Origin: Atractiella rhizophila
Lineage: Eukaryota
DNA length: 45,833 nucleotides
Assembly: GCA_021432655.1 (NCBI GenBank)
Contig: MU271282.1
Span: forward strand, 62,001-107,833
Direction of reading: 5' to 3'
Part shown: positions 24,449 through 35,580 of the stretch, in pieces
Position numbering within the stretch: position 1 is the stretch's first letter
How the letters are laid out: the number at the start of each line of letters is the position of its first letter
The notes under the pieces: model-generated
Told to the model about the DNA's origin: nothing
The model's input: only the letters and a program-made list of their open reading frames with translations
Database searches by the model: none
Position numbers and translations under genes: made by a program

Positions 24449-26084
24449 TCAAGTCCTCCGTCTCCCATTTCCTCTGCCTCTCTGCCCCGTTCTTTCTCTC
24501 CTTAGTACCGTGACCTCATACTGATCCCACATCGCCTGTGCAATTCTATCCCGCTCTGCTAATGCTCGCTGATACTCTGCACTGCTAACAGAACTTCTTC
24601 CTAGTGACCCAGCACTGCTGTTTCTGTTCTGATCCCGCACTGCAGCCTCTTGAATTTCTGCATCGAGGGTCTCGAGCTCAAATTCGTTGATTTCAAACGG
24701 CTCGTAATGTAGTATGAAGTTATGAATCAGACAAAGAGCGGGGATCAGAGCGGCCTAGCCAAAGAGTTAGATGGACCACACATGCACAGATTGAAGTTAC
24801 CAACTTGTGTTTCAAACTTGTATTCTCGCATCATTTCAAGGATGGCAAAGCACAGCTTTATCACTCCAAATGCTCGCTCAGCTGCATTGCGAGCTTGCGC
24901 ATGACGCAGGTTATACAATTCCTGAGCATTTGCCAGTCTGCTTCAAAATGAGCTTCTGTGACACTGAACTGGAATGGAGCAGGACAAACCTGAGATTTCC
25001 CTGACGCCATTCCTTCAGGTGTTACCACACATTCCGATAGGGCGTAAGTATATCCTCTCCTAGCCCAAAGCCTGCATCTCCCAAAGCTTCTTCCCTGTCG
25101 GCAGCCGCAGTGAAGTGGATTGAACTGCATGCCAAAGGTTACCGTCAGCCGCACTCCCTTCCCATCCTGCCACGCAGGTAACAACTTTCAAGTCGAATGA
25201 GATGGCTATGAGTGCATTCTGGGTAATGTTGCCATTGCAATCTCGAAACCATGATCTGCTGTGGGAACAACAGCTTTGATATGCGTGCCATCAACAGCCC
25301 CAATCACATCCTTGAAGAAAGGATAGAATTTCGGATTATCTTTGATCTCCAGAGGGACGGAAGTATTGTGATCGACTGCTTTCACGTATCGCTTGTAGAG
25401 TGCAGGTTGAATCAGATGCTTGAGAGCATCATGGAAATGCCTAGGCACTTTATAACCCTGTCTTCTAGCTAGCAAAAGAAACATGCCTATAAATCGTTTC
25501 TCCAGAATACTGGAAGCGGCTTAGAACCGTTCGATTGCTAGCAGATTTCCTAACCGTGTAAAGAAATATAGCGAGCTTTTCGCCTGCCGTCACCCCGCGA
25601 CTGTCCCTGAAACCAGTATGCTCCACCATCTTTTCCACCAGGAGGTTGAAGACAAGGATTGGGATGAGTGATAAGGTGAAGATACCAGGCATGGCCTGTC
25701 AGAGAAGCTGTGTGCTGAGGGATTTTGAGGGAATGAAGCTTGTAAAATTGAACAGTAGCGGCAACAAGGAGTAGGACGATTTGGTATGACTGAAGTCGCA
25801 GAGCTTGTTTTTGATGATGACGAAGGGCAGCGGAGGGAGGGTTGGCACGAGGCATTGATTGTTGTCTCGTTATTCAGAAAAGACGTGTCGCGCCTGCGGC
25901 CATCAGCAGCACTTGGACTCAGGTCCACAGATGCTTAAGGTCAAGTGCTTTTGATGCAATTCATTTGATGTTTGGCAACGAATAATTTTGAAAATCTCAA
26001 ATCACAAAAGTTCTTGAATTGGGAATCCAATTCAGGCAATTCATGGAATTTGAATTCACGCTGATTTGGCACCCAAACGGGCTC
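24449..26084 (-). mobile_element. PIF/Harbinger transposon remnant: DDE (HARBI1-like) transposase pseudogene plus one TIR
   Basis: EKLAIFLY..SNR..RFQYSGETI, FYPFFKDVIGAVDGTHI, TQNAL, AGWEGSAADG, NLRHAQARNAAERAFG. Minus-strand terminus GAGCCCGTTTGGG at 26084 resembles Tourist/PIF TIRs, with a TTG flank instead of TTA. The convergent exon at ~23993-24134 probably belongs to its second gene. Confidence 0.9.
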
Positions 26085-26147
26085 TTGAATTTTTAGGCAA
26101 CTTTCTGACCACTTTTTGGCCATCTTGGCTTGTTTTGGGCAGGTTTA

Positions 26148-28157
26148 TTAGTCTCGACGGAAAAGACGGCGGAGCTCAACCTTCAGGGGCAACAAGTACG
26201 GTGTGGAATTAGACGGATGAACAACCCCGCCGCCAATAGTTTCGATTTGAGAGAACAGACTCTCTCCTACGATACCATAATCTCGTTGAAGGCGCTTTTG
26301 GACTGTGACTTGATGATTTGCCCTTGCTTGCAAAATTGCTGCAACGTGGGCACTGTATTGTTCTGGTGTCTCTGTGGGAAGGTTGTGAGGATCATAATTT
26401 GGGCGCATCGATAGAGGCTCCTGATACTCAGTAGGGCGGGTGAGAGGAAAGTAGTAGGTTGGAATACCAGGTTGATGCACGCCAATCAATGTACATCCAT
26501 TGATATGACAGCCCATCCGACCATTGTGTCCAACTTCTGCTGCAACTGCCGCCTGGCACAGCGTATCGAAAAGACCAAGGGCTATAAAAGGTCGCGATCG
26601 AAACCAGCGTTTTCGTTCACCGTCAAACAGAGGAAAGCCAGTTGCTTGGAGACGTTTGATGCAATCAAATATGGGAAGGAGAAAAGAATCCTGATTCCAT
26701 GGAGGGTTTGGGCCTGGTATGATGGCGAGAGGGATGACAAACTGTTGCTTATAACGAACCTCTGGAGGTAGGTTATAATCAATCAGAATGATGAAAATAG
26801 TCTGATGGTTTTTTAGTGTTGTAAATTTGGGCACCATCAAGCGAGAGAGCTAAGACACTGTCTGTCGGAAGGATCTTGAGGTCATGTACAGCTTGAAGGT
26901 AATCGCGGCCACAGTAAATATCATTCAGCTCCTCTGCTGCAGTTCCCGGAGGGTAGCGTTCCGCCAGAAGAGCGGTTCGCTCAGCACGATGTTTCGAAAG
27001 TTTTGCACCATTGGCAGTTGACCAACGTGCTTGGAGGGGGACTTCCAATGGGACAACATAGTACTTTCTCCGGGATACTTGAACAGAACGGCCACTCTGG
27101 TTCGTTTTCGTGAAGTATCGGGATTCACCACACTTGGGACAATCAGTTCGATCCTTCCAGTGTCCCGTATATGCCATGTGAGTTTGAGAGCACATGTCAA
27201 AAGATTCTGGAATAATTTGACTTCGTTCTCTGACAAGCTTTTGGACAGCATCGAGGGTAAGTGTCTCCATCTGAAATCGCTTGAGATGGAGCTGTCGAAG
27301 GTCCTTGTAGAGTTCACCTGATGCTTGACCATGGCAAGTCATGTAGAGCTCTACAGATATTAACTCCTCTTCTGTTAGAGGTGCGTAATGATATTCCTCT
27401 TTTGGAGAGACCACTTGGGTGAAGCCCATTGATTGGTACGACCTGAACTGCTCTCGGATAAAGCGGTCATGTTCCCAGACATCTCTTGCAAGATGAGAAT
27501 CCACTATATAGGAATAATTGACAGAGTTCGATCACGTCGGAGTAAACACCCACTTTCACCCAGTTCAGGTCCTTCTCCCAAATCCCCATCCTCACGTATG
27601 CCCTCAGCCTCTCCATTTCTTGTATCAAGCTCCACTTCACTATCATCAGCATTGATGCCATCTAATTCTCCCTCGCCGTCAGACCCATCTTCGTTACCTG
27701 ACGATCGAACTTCATCTTGATCTCGACTCTCCTCTTCTCGATCGCTCTGTGAAACAATCCCCTGGTTATGCGACGGTTCTCCACAAGGACAGTTCTTGTC
27801 CTCACAATCCAGTTGTCTCTCCGCATCAATAGTCATTGATAGGATGCCTTCTTCCATGTTGCATTGGACATCATATTCAGCTTGAGGTATGTGCTCGGCT
27901 TCCTTCCCTCTCCCTGCTTCCTAGAGAATCATAGATATGAGATTATAAAATACATATTCGAGTCAATAACAAACCTCCAATCCATCCATACTATCTCTCC
28001 CCATATCACTCAATAAACCAGCATCCCTAGACTTTTCCAAAAGCCGTTGAGCCCTCTCATGCTTAAAAGCAGTTGAGCGCTTGACCTCAGTCAATATTCC
28101 TCCACAAAATATCTCACAGTCACAATAATACGTCCCTTCATTTGCCGTTGTGTCCAT
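26148..28157 (-). mobile_element. CACTA/EnSpm transposase (Transposase_21-like), frameshifted and 3' truncated
   Basis: N-terminal YYCDCEIFCGG..H, DMCSQTHMAYTG..CPKCGESRY, DIYCG, LSLDGAQIY, DYNLPPEVRYK..IIPGPNPPWNQDSFLLP, GHNGRMGC. Frameshift near 26800. Confidence 0.9.
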
Positions 28158-28299
28158 TCTATCTAAATCATTTGGGTTACACTGACCAATATATGTTTTT
28201 ACATAGTTCGCTTCCGAATACATACCATGTGATGCACTCGAGCGAGACTCCTTAAATCCTTCTTTCAAAATCAGCATTATCTATCCTTCCTTCCAACCC

Positions 28300-30600
28300 A
28301 TGGATCCCATGGACGACATTCTTTTTCCTGGAGCTCAAAATCATTTGAGCGAAATAAGCGGTTCAAAGGGGAAAGCAGAATCAGGTAATGTTTTTCGGCA
28401 TATCTCTTTTCTTTTTCTCTTCTGACTGAATTACCAGGCAATCAGCTCGGTGAGCTTGATGACCTATTCATGGGCAGGCGTGCAGACGAAATGTGGCGTC
28501 AAGATGCTAATACATGGCCATCCACACCGTCCTTCAATTTCAAGCCGAATTTGCTGCCCCAGAGCTTTTCCCCTACTGAGATGGCTGCAATTCGAAAGGC
28601 TAACCAGACGACGCTCTTGGAAGCTGGGAATACTGTTGTGATAGAACTTCTGTTGAGGATTAGGTATTTAGAAGGGAAGATTGAGACCTTGTGAGTCTTT
28701 CTTCTTTATGTAGTTCTAAGCGGGCCAATGGGAACATTTATTGCAGGGAAAAAACAGTTGCCGTTCCGCTCAACTCTCAATCACCCATCACTACGGCAGG
28801 ACCATCCACTTCTTCCACACCATCCTCACTCTCCAACACTCTCCGCTCACGCCTCCTTCGTGGTACAGGAATAATCACCGTACCATCCAGTTGGCAGCAA
28901 TCTGACTATGCGTATCAGTCGATTTCACCGACACGTCCGGACACGATTCCAGAGCATCTTTGGCTGGAAAACCTTTGGAATGCATGGAAAAAGGCACAGA
29001 AGGAGTCCGGTAAGAAACCAGGGAAGCTGACCTGGCTAGTCGACGAAGAATGTAACCGTCTCTTCACTGAAGCATCGATTCGGACAAGTGCTCGCATGCT
29101 CCTCACCGATTTCCTGTCACAAACAAGCTATCGCCTTTCGGTGTGGAGAAATGTCCATCGAACGGGTCAGGAAGGAATGATTGGTGTTATGGAATCCCTT
29201 CACCCTGAGCTCACACTGTGTGGCGATCATTTCAAAGCCCAATTCTTCCTGCAGGAACAGTTGAACGAGGTCCATAAGTTATGGAGAGAGGAGGATGGAT
29301 TGGAGCCCAAATTTACGAGGCTGAAAGGGGAGGCACCTGACGGATTAGAATTCTCATTAGGGTCTCGACCATCGACTCCTTTGCCAGCTTCTTGTGCTGG
29401 TGTCACACTAAAGTCGTATTTCTCTCTATTCACAATGGAGATTGAGCTTATCTTAGTCTCCTGCACACCTGTTTGGACAGGCGGAAGCCTAATAAGCGAG
29501 CGCGAACAAGGTATGCCATCTTCTAGGCATCCACATCTAGCATGACACTAAACAGGGGAACAGCTTTCATGAATCATTGCAAACCGCGGAGACGATTGCC
29601 TTGAGAGATGAGAATCTGAATAGCGAGCCCGGTAAACCCGATACCATGGAAGTGGATATTGGGAGTGGTATGCTTGGTTCAATGTGTTCATGAATTCGGT
29701 TGATTCAGTGTGAATAGCCCAACCTGGTTACGTTGGTCACTCTACTACAGTAGGCTCTACACTGCTCCGCAATGCCTTTCTAATCATCGCCAGGTCATGC
29801 TACCATCACAAAATAGTGGGAATTCCTCGAACCCAGACACAAATGGAGATGGCTTAACAAGAACTCCAGGTGTTTGCCGTCCGTCCTTTTGCGAGCACAC
29901 ACCCTCCTTATCACAGGCACTTCTAATTCCTGCAACTCCTTTGCCTGTACCACCGGCGCCTCCAGGTGCCCCATCTCTCGCCACACCTCCACGTCCCTTA
30001 TCCTGTCCACAGGTGACTAACCAACGTCCTCTTCTTGGTTTTGTTGATGAAATCTGGGATGACCCTTACACAGTGTGTTCTTTTCGTTCCATCGACCGTG
30101 CTTTACTTCTCTTCCTCATTATCCTAAAGGGTCTTACTCCACCAGCACGAGCTACGACGCCACCAGGAGTCTCAGTCAGTCATAATAAGTTAGGAAAGGA
30201 CCCGGGTGATTTTGGTAAGCACCTTGTCTCCATCTTCTGTGCAGTTCCATGACTGACAAAAGACGTCGCATCACTGTTCCTGTCAAGTCGTAGCCTCCAC
30301 AAGCAGAATTCCACTCACACCAGGAGCCATTCCTATCCACATTACGGCCTGCAGGAACAACTCAGAAACCACAAATGGGACCGGAATCGACCTAAACCCG
30401 CTTAGCGGAACATCGACAACTAGATTCCCACTCGCACCTCCACTCCCAATCATCCCCCTCCACGTTGGAGCCCATCAGAACAATTCCGAACATACCAACA
30501 GGGACAGAATCAATGTGAAGCTACCCGGCATCTCCCCAGTAAGTTTTTACTAACTGCTTACTCTTACCATTCTGACAGCGGGCAATCAATGTTAGCATCC
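28300..30600 (+). CDS. Multi-exon hypothetical protein, probable second (accessory) gene of the CACTA element
   Basis: ATG at 28300 and several GT..AG introns. The core W..WLVDEE..IRTSAR..W..MESLHPELTLC..FKA resembles proteins paired with basidiomycete CACTA transposases, followed by a Pro/Ser/Thr-rich tail. Lies head-to-head with the transposase. The 3' end and integrity are uncertain. Confidence 0.55.
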
Positions 30601-32102
30601 GATGGTGCTGACAGCGTCTCAGGATCACAATCGCAATAAAGGGCAGTACGTCTGTTTCTATATCATGTCAAGGACACAAGACTGATACTAGTCTGTGGCA
30701 GGGCCGCATTTCTTCGTTATCGACAGAACGAATGGCGAGTAGAAAATCCGGGTGCCTCGCTCCCTCTCCCAGCGATGTTCAAAGCCGAGTACAAACAGCT
30801 CAGTTCAAAGGAGAAAAATGTATGCCTTCGCACTCCGTAGAGCCCGTTGTGATGTTTGAGCCACCTTTAGAGCTGGAACAAACTGGCCAGTCAACAACAG
30901 GCTCCCTCAACGGCCTCAACGAGCTCAACGGCCCCAACGACCTCTGTTCTCGCAACGCAATCTTCCGGACCGAATCCCTCTTCCCCAAGACCCATGGTGC
31001 ATCATCAATCGTTTCCTCATCCTGCCAAGTGATGTTACTGTTGGCACTATGGATCCCGCTGTGATTTAGGAGAGAGATTACTATGGCATGGGAGTATTGG
31101 GCAATGATATATTTGATTGCAGAGAATGAGCTCTACCTGAAATGTATACACTACTCCCACTTTCATCCACGGATCCCAAAAGAGTCCCAAAAGCGCCTTT
31201 AGCTGCGCATTGCAACTGAGTAGACTCATCACACCAGAAATCCCAAAACCTCCAGGACAGGTCCAAAAAGTCTACGTGATGGGACAATTTGGGAAGGTTC
31301 CCAAAACCGTCCCAAACTGTCCCAAGTCCCCAAACCGAACTTGACAGGGGTTGAGAATTGAAGGTCGGATCGGAGTTGGTCGTCGATAAAACTGAAGGGA
31401 GCATTGATGGTTAGATAACTTAATCAATCTGGATCGATAACTGGCGTTCGAATTTCCCGAACGACGAAGACGATTGCAATATCGAAGCCCAGTTGTGGCG
31501 AAAGAGGGGAGATACTTTCCTGGCCAGAACAAGCTGATAATTTGGGAGACCGTCGAAGGTGTGTACTTCAAGTTGCATCCTGCAACGATGGTTTGTGTAA
31601 GATGTCACAGTAGTGGAGTGAAGCTAGTGGATTTCACGAGAGTCGAGGGACCGAGAAGACGCTCAAATAGCCCTGACGAGAAGCTGTTGAAAAGTTTAGA
31701 CTTGAATCTGTCTTTGTTGTTTATGTTGCATCGTCTTGTGTGACCGCCTTGTAGCTGTAAGGATGAGCATGGACCGGTCAGCAACTGGGCGCCAGTTTCG
31801 ATCTGTTTGGGCAGTGAGATGCAGTGGGAGCTGACAGAGGTAATAGTTATGAAAGAACCTATAGGGGGACGTACAGGACAACTCGAATTGACAAGGGATC
31901 GCATCCTGTCCGAGGTCTCGATGATGGGCCTTGCTGTCTGGCACAGTGGTCAGAATCCCTCCTATGGTGTGAACAATCGCGGCGCCCCTCATTCACTGTC
32001 CTACTACGATGCATCCTTTGCTCCCCACTCTGAACACGAGTCTCTTCAACATCATGGACCTTTGCAAGCTGTACAACCTCCCCCGTCCCATCTTCCAAGC
32101 CA

Positions 32103-34500
32103 ATGTCCGAGCGCTTCAAGCAGTATGCAGCCACCCATCAAATGGACAGCTCACGTGCTCCCGACAAGGGGAGCAGGGAGAGGGAACAAAAGGCTGATAT
32201 CCCCAACAAGAGGATGCCGGCAGATGGTGGTCTTCTGGGACGAGGGACAATACCTGATCCATTACCGCAGTCCGCCCTCCCCAATGCGCTAACCCCCCTC
32301 TTTCCATCGGACACTGTACCATCGACCCGAACTTGCAGCCTCGACTTGTTGACATCAAGAAAGTCAACCCTAAAGGTCTGCGGATCCTTTCGATCGACAA
32401 TGGAGGTGTTTGTGCTTTCTCTTGCCTTTATATGCTCGAGGCCATTAGGGAGCAAGTTGCCGATCTCCTTCCTGGGAAGCCAGATCCCAGAACCCTTCGA
32501 CCGTGTCACTTCTTCGACCTCATCTGCGGCCACGTCCACTGGACGGTGGATTGCTTTGATGCTTCGGCGACTCGGCATGACCGTCCGAGAGTGCATGGAC
32601 GCGTTTAACAGGAGGTCTTCTCCGAGAAGACGCCTCGTACAAGCAACTCACCCGCCTATTCCGACAAATCCCCCCAAAGAAGAAGTTATCGAGATGATCG
32701 TCAGAGACTACACTCCTTCCTCGGAAAGTGCCAAGCTTACCCCTTCGGAACGGATGACACTTCCAATAACTGACCGTAACATCGAAGAGAGGTGTCGAAC
32801 TTTTGTCGTTGCGACGTACGAAGCTAATTCGGTAGTTCCCCTGGAGATGCGCACGTACAGTGTTCCATCCGCTGGAGGTTTCACAACCAAGTGCGCCATC
32901 GTAGATGCTGCAAGAGCAACATCTGGCTGAACCGACATTCTTTCCTCCCATCACTCTCGACAACACTGTGTATGTCCTGGTTGGCAACAATAATCCGTCC
33001 TTTCTCGCTGCAAAAGAGGCAAAGAGGATCTGGGGGATTGGAATTGTAGTCCTTTGTTTCCACTCCTGGGATGTCGGGATCCGGCCAGCGGTGAAACTTA
33101 GATCGAAGCGAACCGAGATCGAGGACGCGTTTAAAAAGATTGTAGAAGACTGCTCCCCCGTCGACAAAGAAATGAAGAGCGAGATGCAGGGTCGCGGGGT
33201 TGGCCACCGCTACCATCGATTCAACGTCGACACGATGGTGAGTGTCGAATGGGACGAGTTTGGAAGGATGAAGGAAGTTGTGGGACAGACGAAAGCTTAT
33301 CTTGGTGGAATGGGTTATGAAACGAAGGTCGTGGCAGAATCTCTCATCCTTGGTGCGTTTTTGCTCCAGTCAGTTTCTGGGCTCATGACAGGCTGGCAGC
33401 TCATCGTCGTCGTGTGGCAGTTCATGAAAAGGAGCCGCTCCCGCCGCCAGGCGTTTGCTATGGAAGAACAAAGGAGATCGAAGAGGTGCGGACGGCGGTT
33501 CTTAGTGGTCACCACGTAGCGATCATCGGTCTAGCTGGAAATGGCAAATCAACCGTTGCGCGTGCCGTGTTACATGACGAGTTTGTGACGCAGGCCTTCA
33601 TAGTTCGAGAAGGAGATTATCTGGTCGAGCGACGCTTCTAGGTCCGTTGTGACGCCTTCAATTCATTCGTTGCCCTCGAGAACCATTTGCGTTACCGTGT
33701 CTTCTCTCTTTCTCGCCAGTTCGGCACCACAGATTTGATTGCTGTCGCTGAATGTTTTCAAAACAACAAATGCCTTCTCATCTCGGAAAATTTCGAGGCA
33801 CCTGCAGATTCAGATCCACGACGGATGCAAGATTTATTTCAAGCTCTCGTTGGGAACCTAGAGTTGGTTCTGTTATCGTGCTTGCCATGCGTGGGCATCG
33901 AGTACCCCGAATCGATGTAAACAGCACTGCCCTTTGTGCCAGTTGTCGTTGACACGATGAAGGAGGACAAGATAGCAGCAACAAATACCTTCTGTCATTT
34001 CTATGACCGTAGTCGGGACCTGCGAACTGCAGCAGTCACACAAGAGATTTTATCGTGCTTAGATTACCATCCCCCAGCATTCGCCTTTTTGCTCTGAGAG
34101 CACAGCATGACCCATCTTCCAGTGCGGCAAACGTCTTGGAACTTTGGCGGTGCCAAGCTAGTGCAGTTCTTTCAGAAAAAGCAGATGGTAGCGACGGTAC
34201 TCCCACACTCAACGTGTCACTTGGATTTTCTCTCACGTCTCCAGTCATCAGAGAACGGCCAAGTAGTTTCCTCGCTTTAGCATTTCTGTCTTGGACTCCA
34301 GATGGTCTCCTGCGAGCCCACTTGATGAACTTACTTGCTCGAGATTACCTTGCCATCGAGGCCATTCTGAGTGCTGGATTGGCGGATGAGGCTACTGCGG
34401 TGAAGAGAGTCTCCCCAACTCTGGGACTAGAAACCGTGCTTGTATCAGCGGCATGGGTTGGGAACTCGCCGACGCTTTCAGGTTGAATCATGAGCTCTCC
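32103..34500 (+). pseudogene. Patatin + STAND P-loop NTPase (fungal NLR-like) pseudogene
   Basis: GLRILSIDNGG, RPCHFFDLICG/TSTG (frameshift), AARATS, PTFFPP, NNP, YHRFNVD. After an intron at ~33353-33399: VAIIGLAGNGKSTVARAVLHD (Walker A at 33528-33551), CLLISENFEAP (Walker B-like) and LSWTPDGL (winged-helix region). Many frameshifts. No recognisable C-terminal repeat domain. Confidence 0.85.
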
Positions 34501-34969
34501 ATCGGTGGTTTGAATGAGCGCTGCATCGTCTAGGAGGAACAGGATCCTCTCCGCCAAATTCGAGATTTCACCAGGGCCGTAACAAGTGTGACCCATGAGC
34601 AATTTTCAGAATGAAAGGACAAACCTTCGTCATCGTCAATGTCTTGACGAGCAGTGCTGCACCATCATCTACATCTCCATCGCTGCTCTGTGAATTCGTT
34701 TCGTTCGGAGGGACAGAGACGATTGCAAGAGCATTAATCTGACGGAGGAGGGGTAGCGGAGTTTCGGATGTGCCGTTCCAGTGCTGGGTCTATAACAAAG
34801 CGATGAGCGGATAAGATAGGCACTCTGGGCTACAAGGACTGACCGCCTGATTCGAGCGGCCGGACAATCGTCCAAACAGCAATGTGTTGGAAGGTCGTGT
34901 ATTTGTTTTCCAAAAAGCGGGTGAAGTGTCCGTGTAAACCGCCTTCAAGATCGTCTCAGAAGGCATTAA

Positions 34970-35580
34970 AAGAATTGTAGTCTTTTTCTGTAGGGAATCT
35001 CTTCAGCTGGTGCAGATTTGTTCTCAAATGGAACGCACCTTTGGAAGATAAATTGGCTATAGCAGCGGCACTTGTTGCCTTGGACTTCCATGCCGCTGCT
35101 TGCTGTGAGAGAAAGCAACACTTCTAGGATGCCCATGTTTAGAAGATCGCTGTTGATATCATCTGTGGAATACATCAGCCACACTTCTCACTGGAAAGCC
35201 GCACAGCTTACCGCTCAAGTCCAAACAGCTGCACAAGCCATCATCTCAGACTGGACGCTGATCGGCACAGTTGAGGACAAGTTACTTGATTTTATCCACA
35301 GCCCCGGCTCCAACCCTACCTGACTTGTTCTTCCCGCTCGACGCCACGAGATTATGGAGAGTGGAGATGGCATGACATTGTATCTCTTTGTTCTCGTCGT
35401 ATGCCAGCAGATCGATGAGGAGATGAAGGAAGCCGGATTCAATGATGGAGAACTCGTTCATGGGATGGATGGAGATGCAGGTCGGAGAGGAACGATGATT
35501 GAAGGAGACGAAGAAGCGGAGGAAGGCTGCCAGATTTGACAATCTCAGTTTGAGATTTCTCTGTTGTGGAATCATAGGAG
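34970..35580 (-). pseudogene. VAC8: Internal fragment of an armadillo-repeat Vac8 gene, degenerate, introns retained
   Basis: [88 protein letters not shown] match Vac8 ARM repeats. GTAAG..CTGAT..CAG intron at ~35164-35212. Confidence 0.88.

Noticed and set aside
32138..33515. Long minus-strand ORFs over the patatin-NLR gene, and + strand ORFs over the kinase, hAT and CACTA genes
   Set aside because: Antisense shadows of real coding sequence with no independent motifs.
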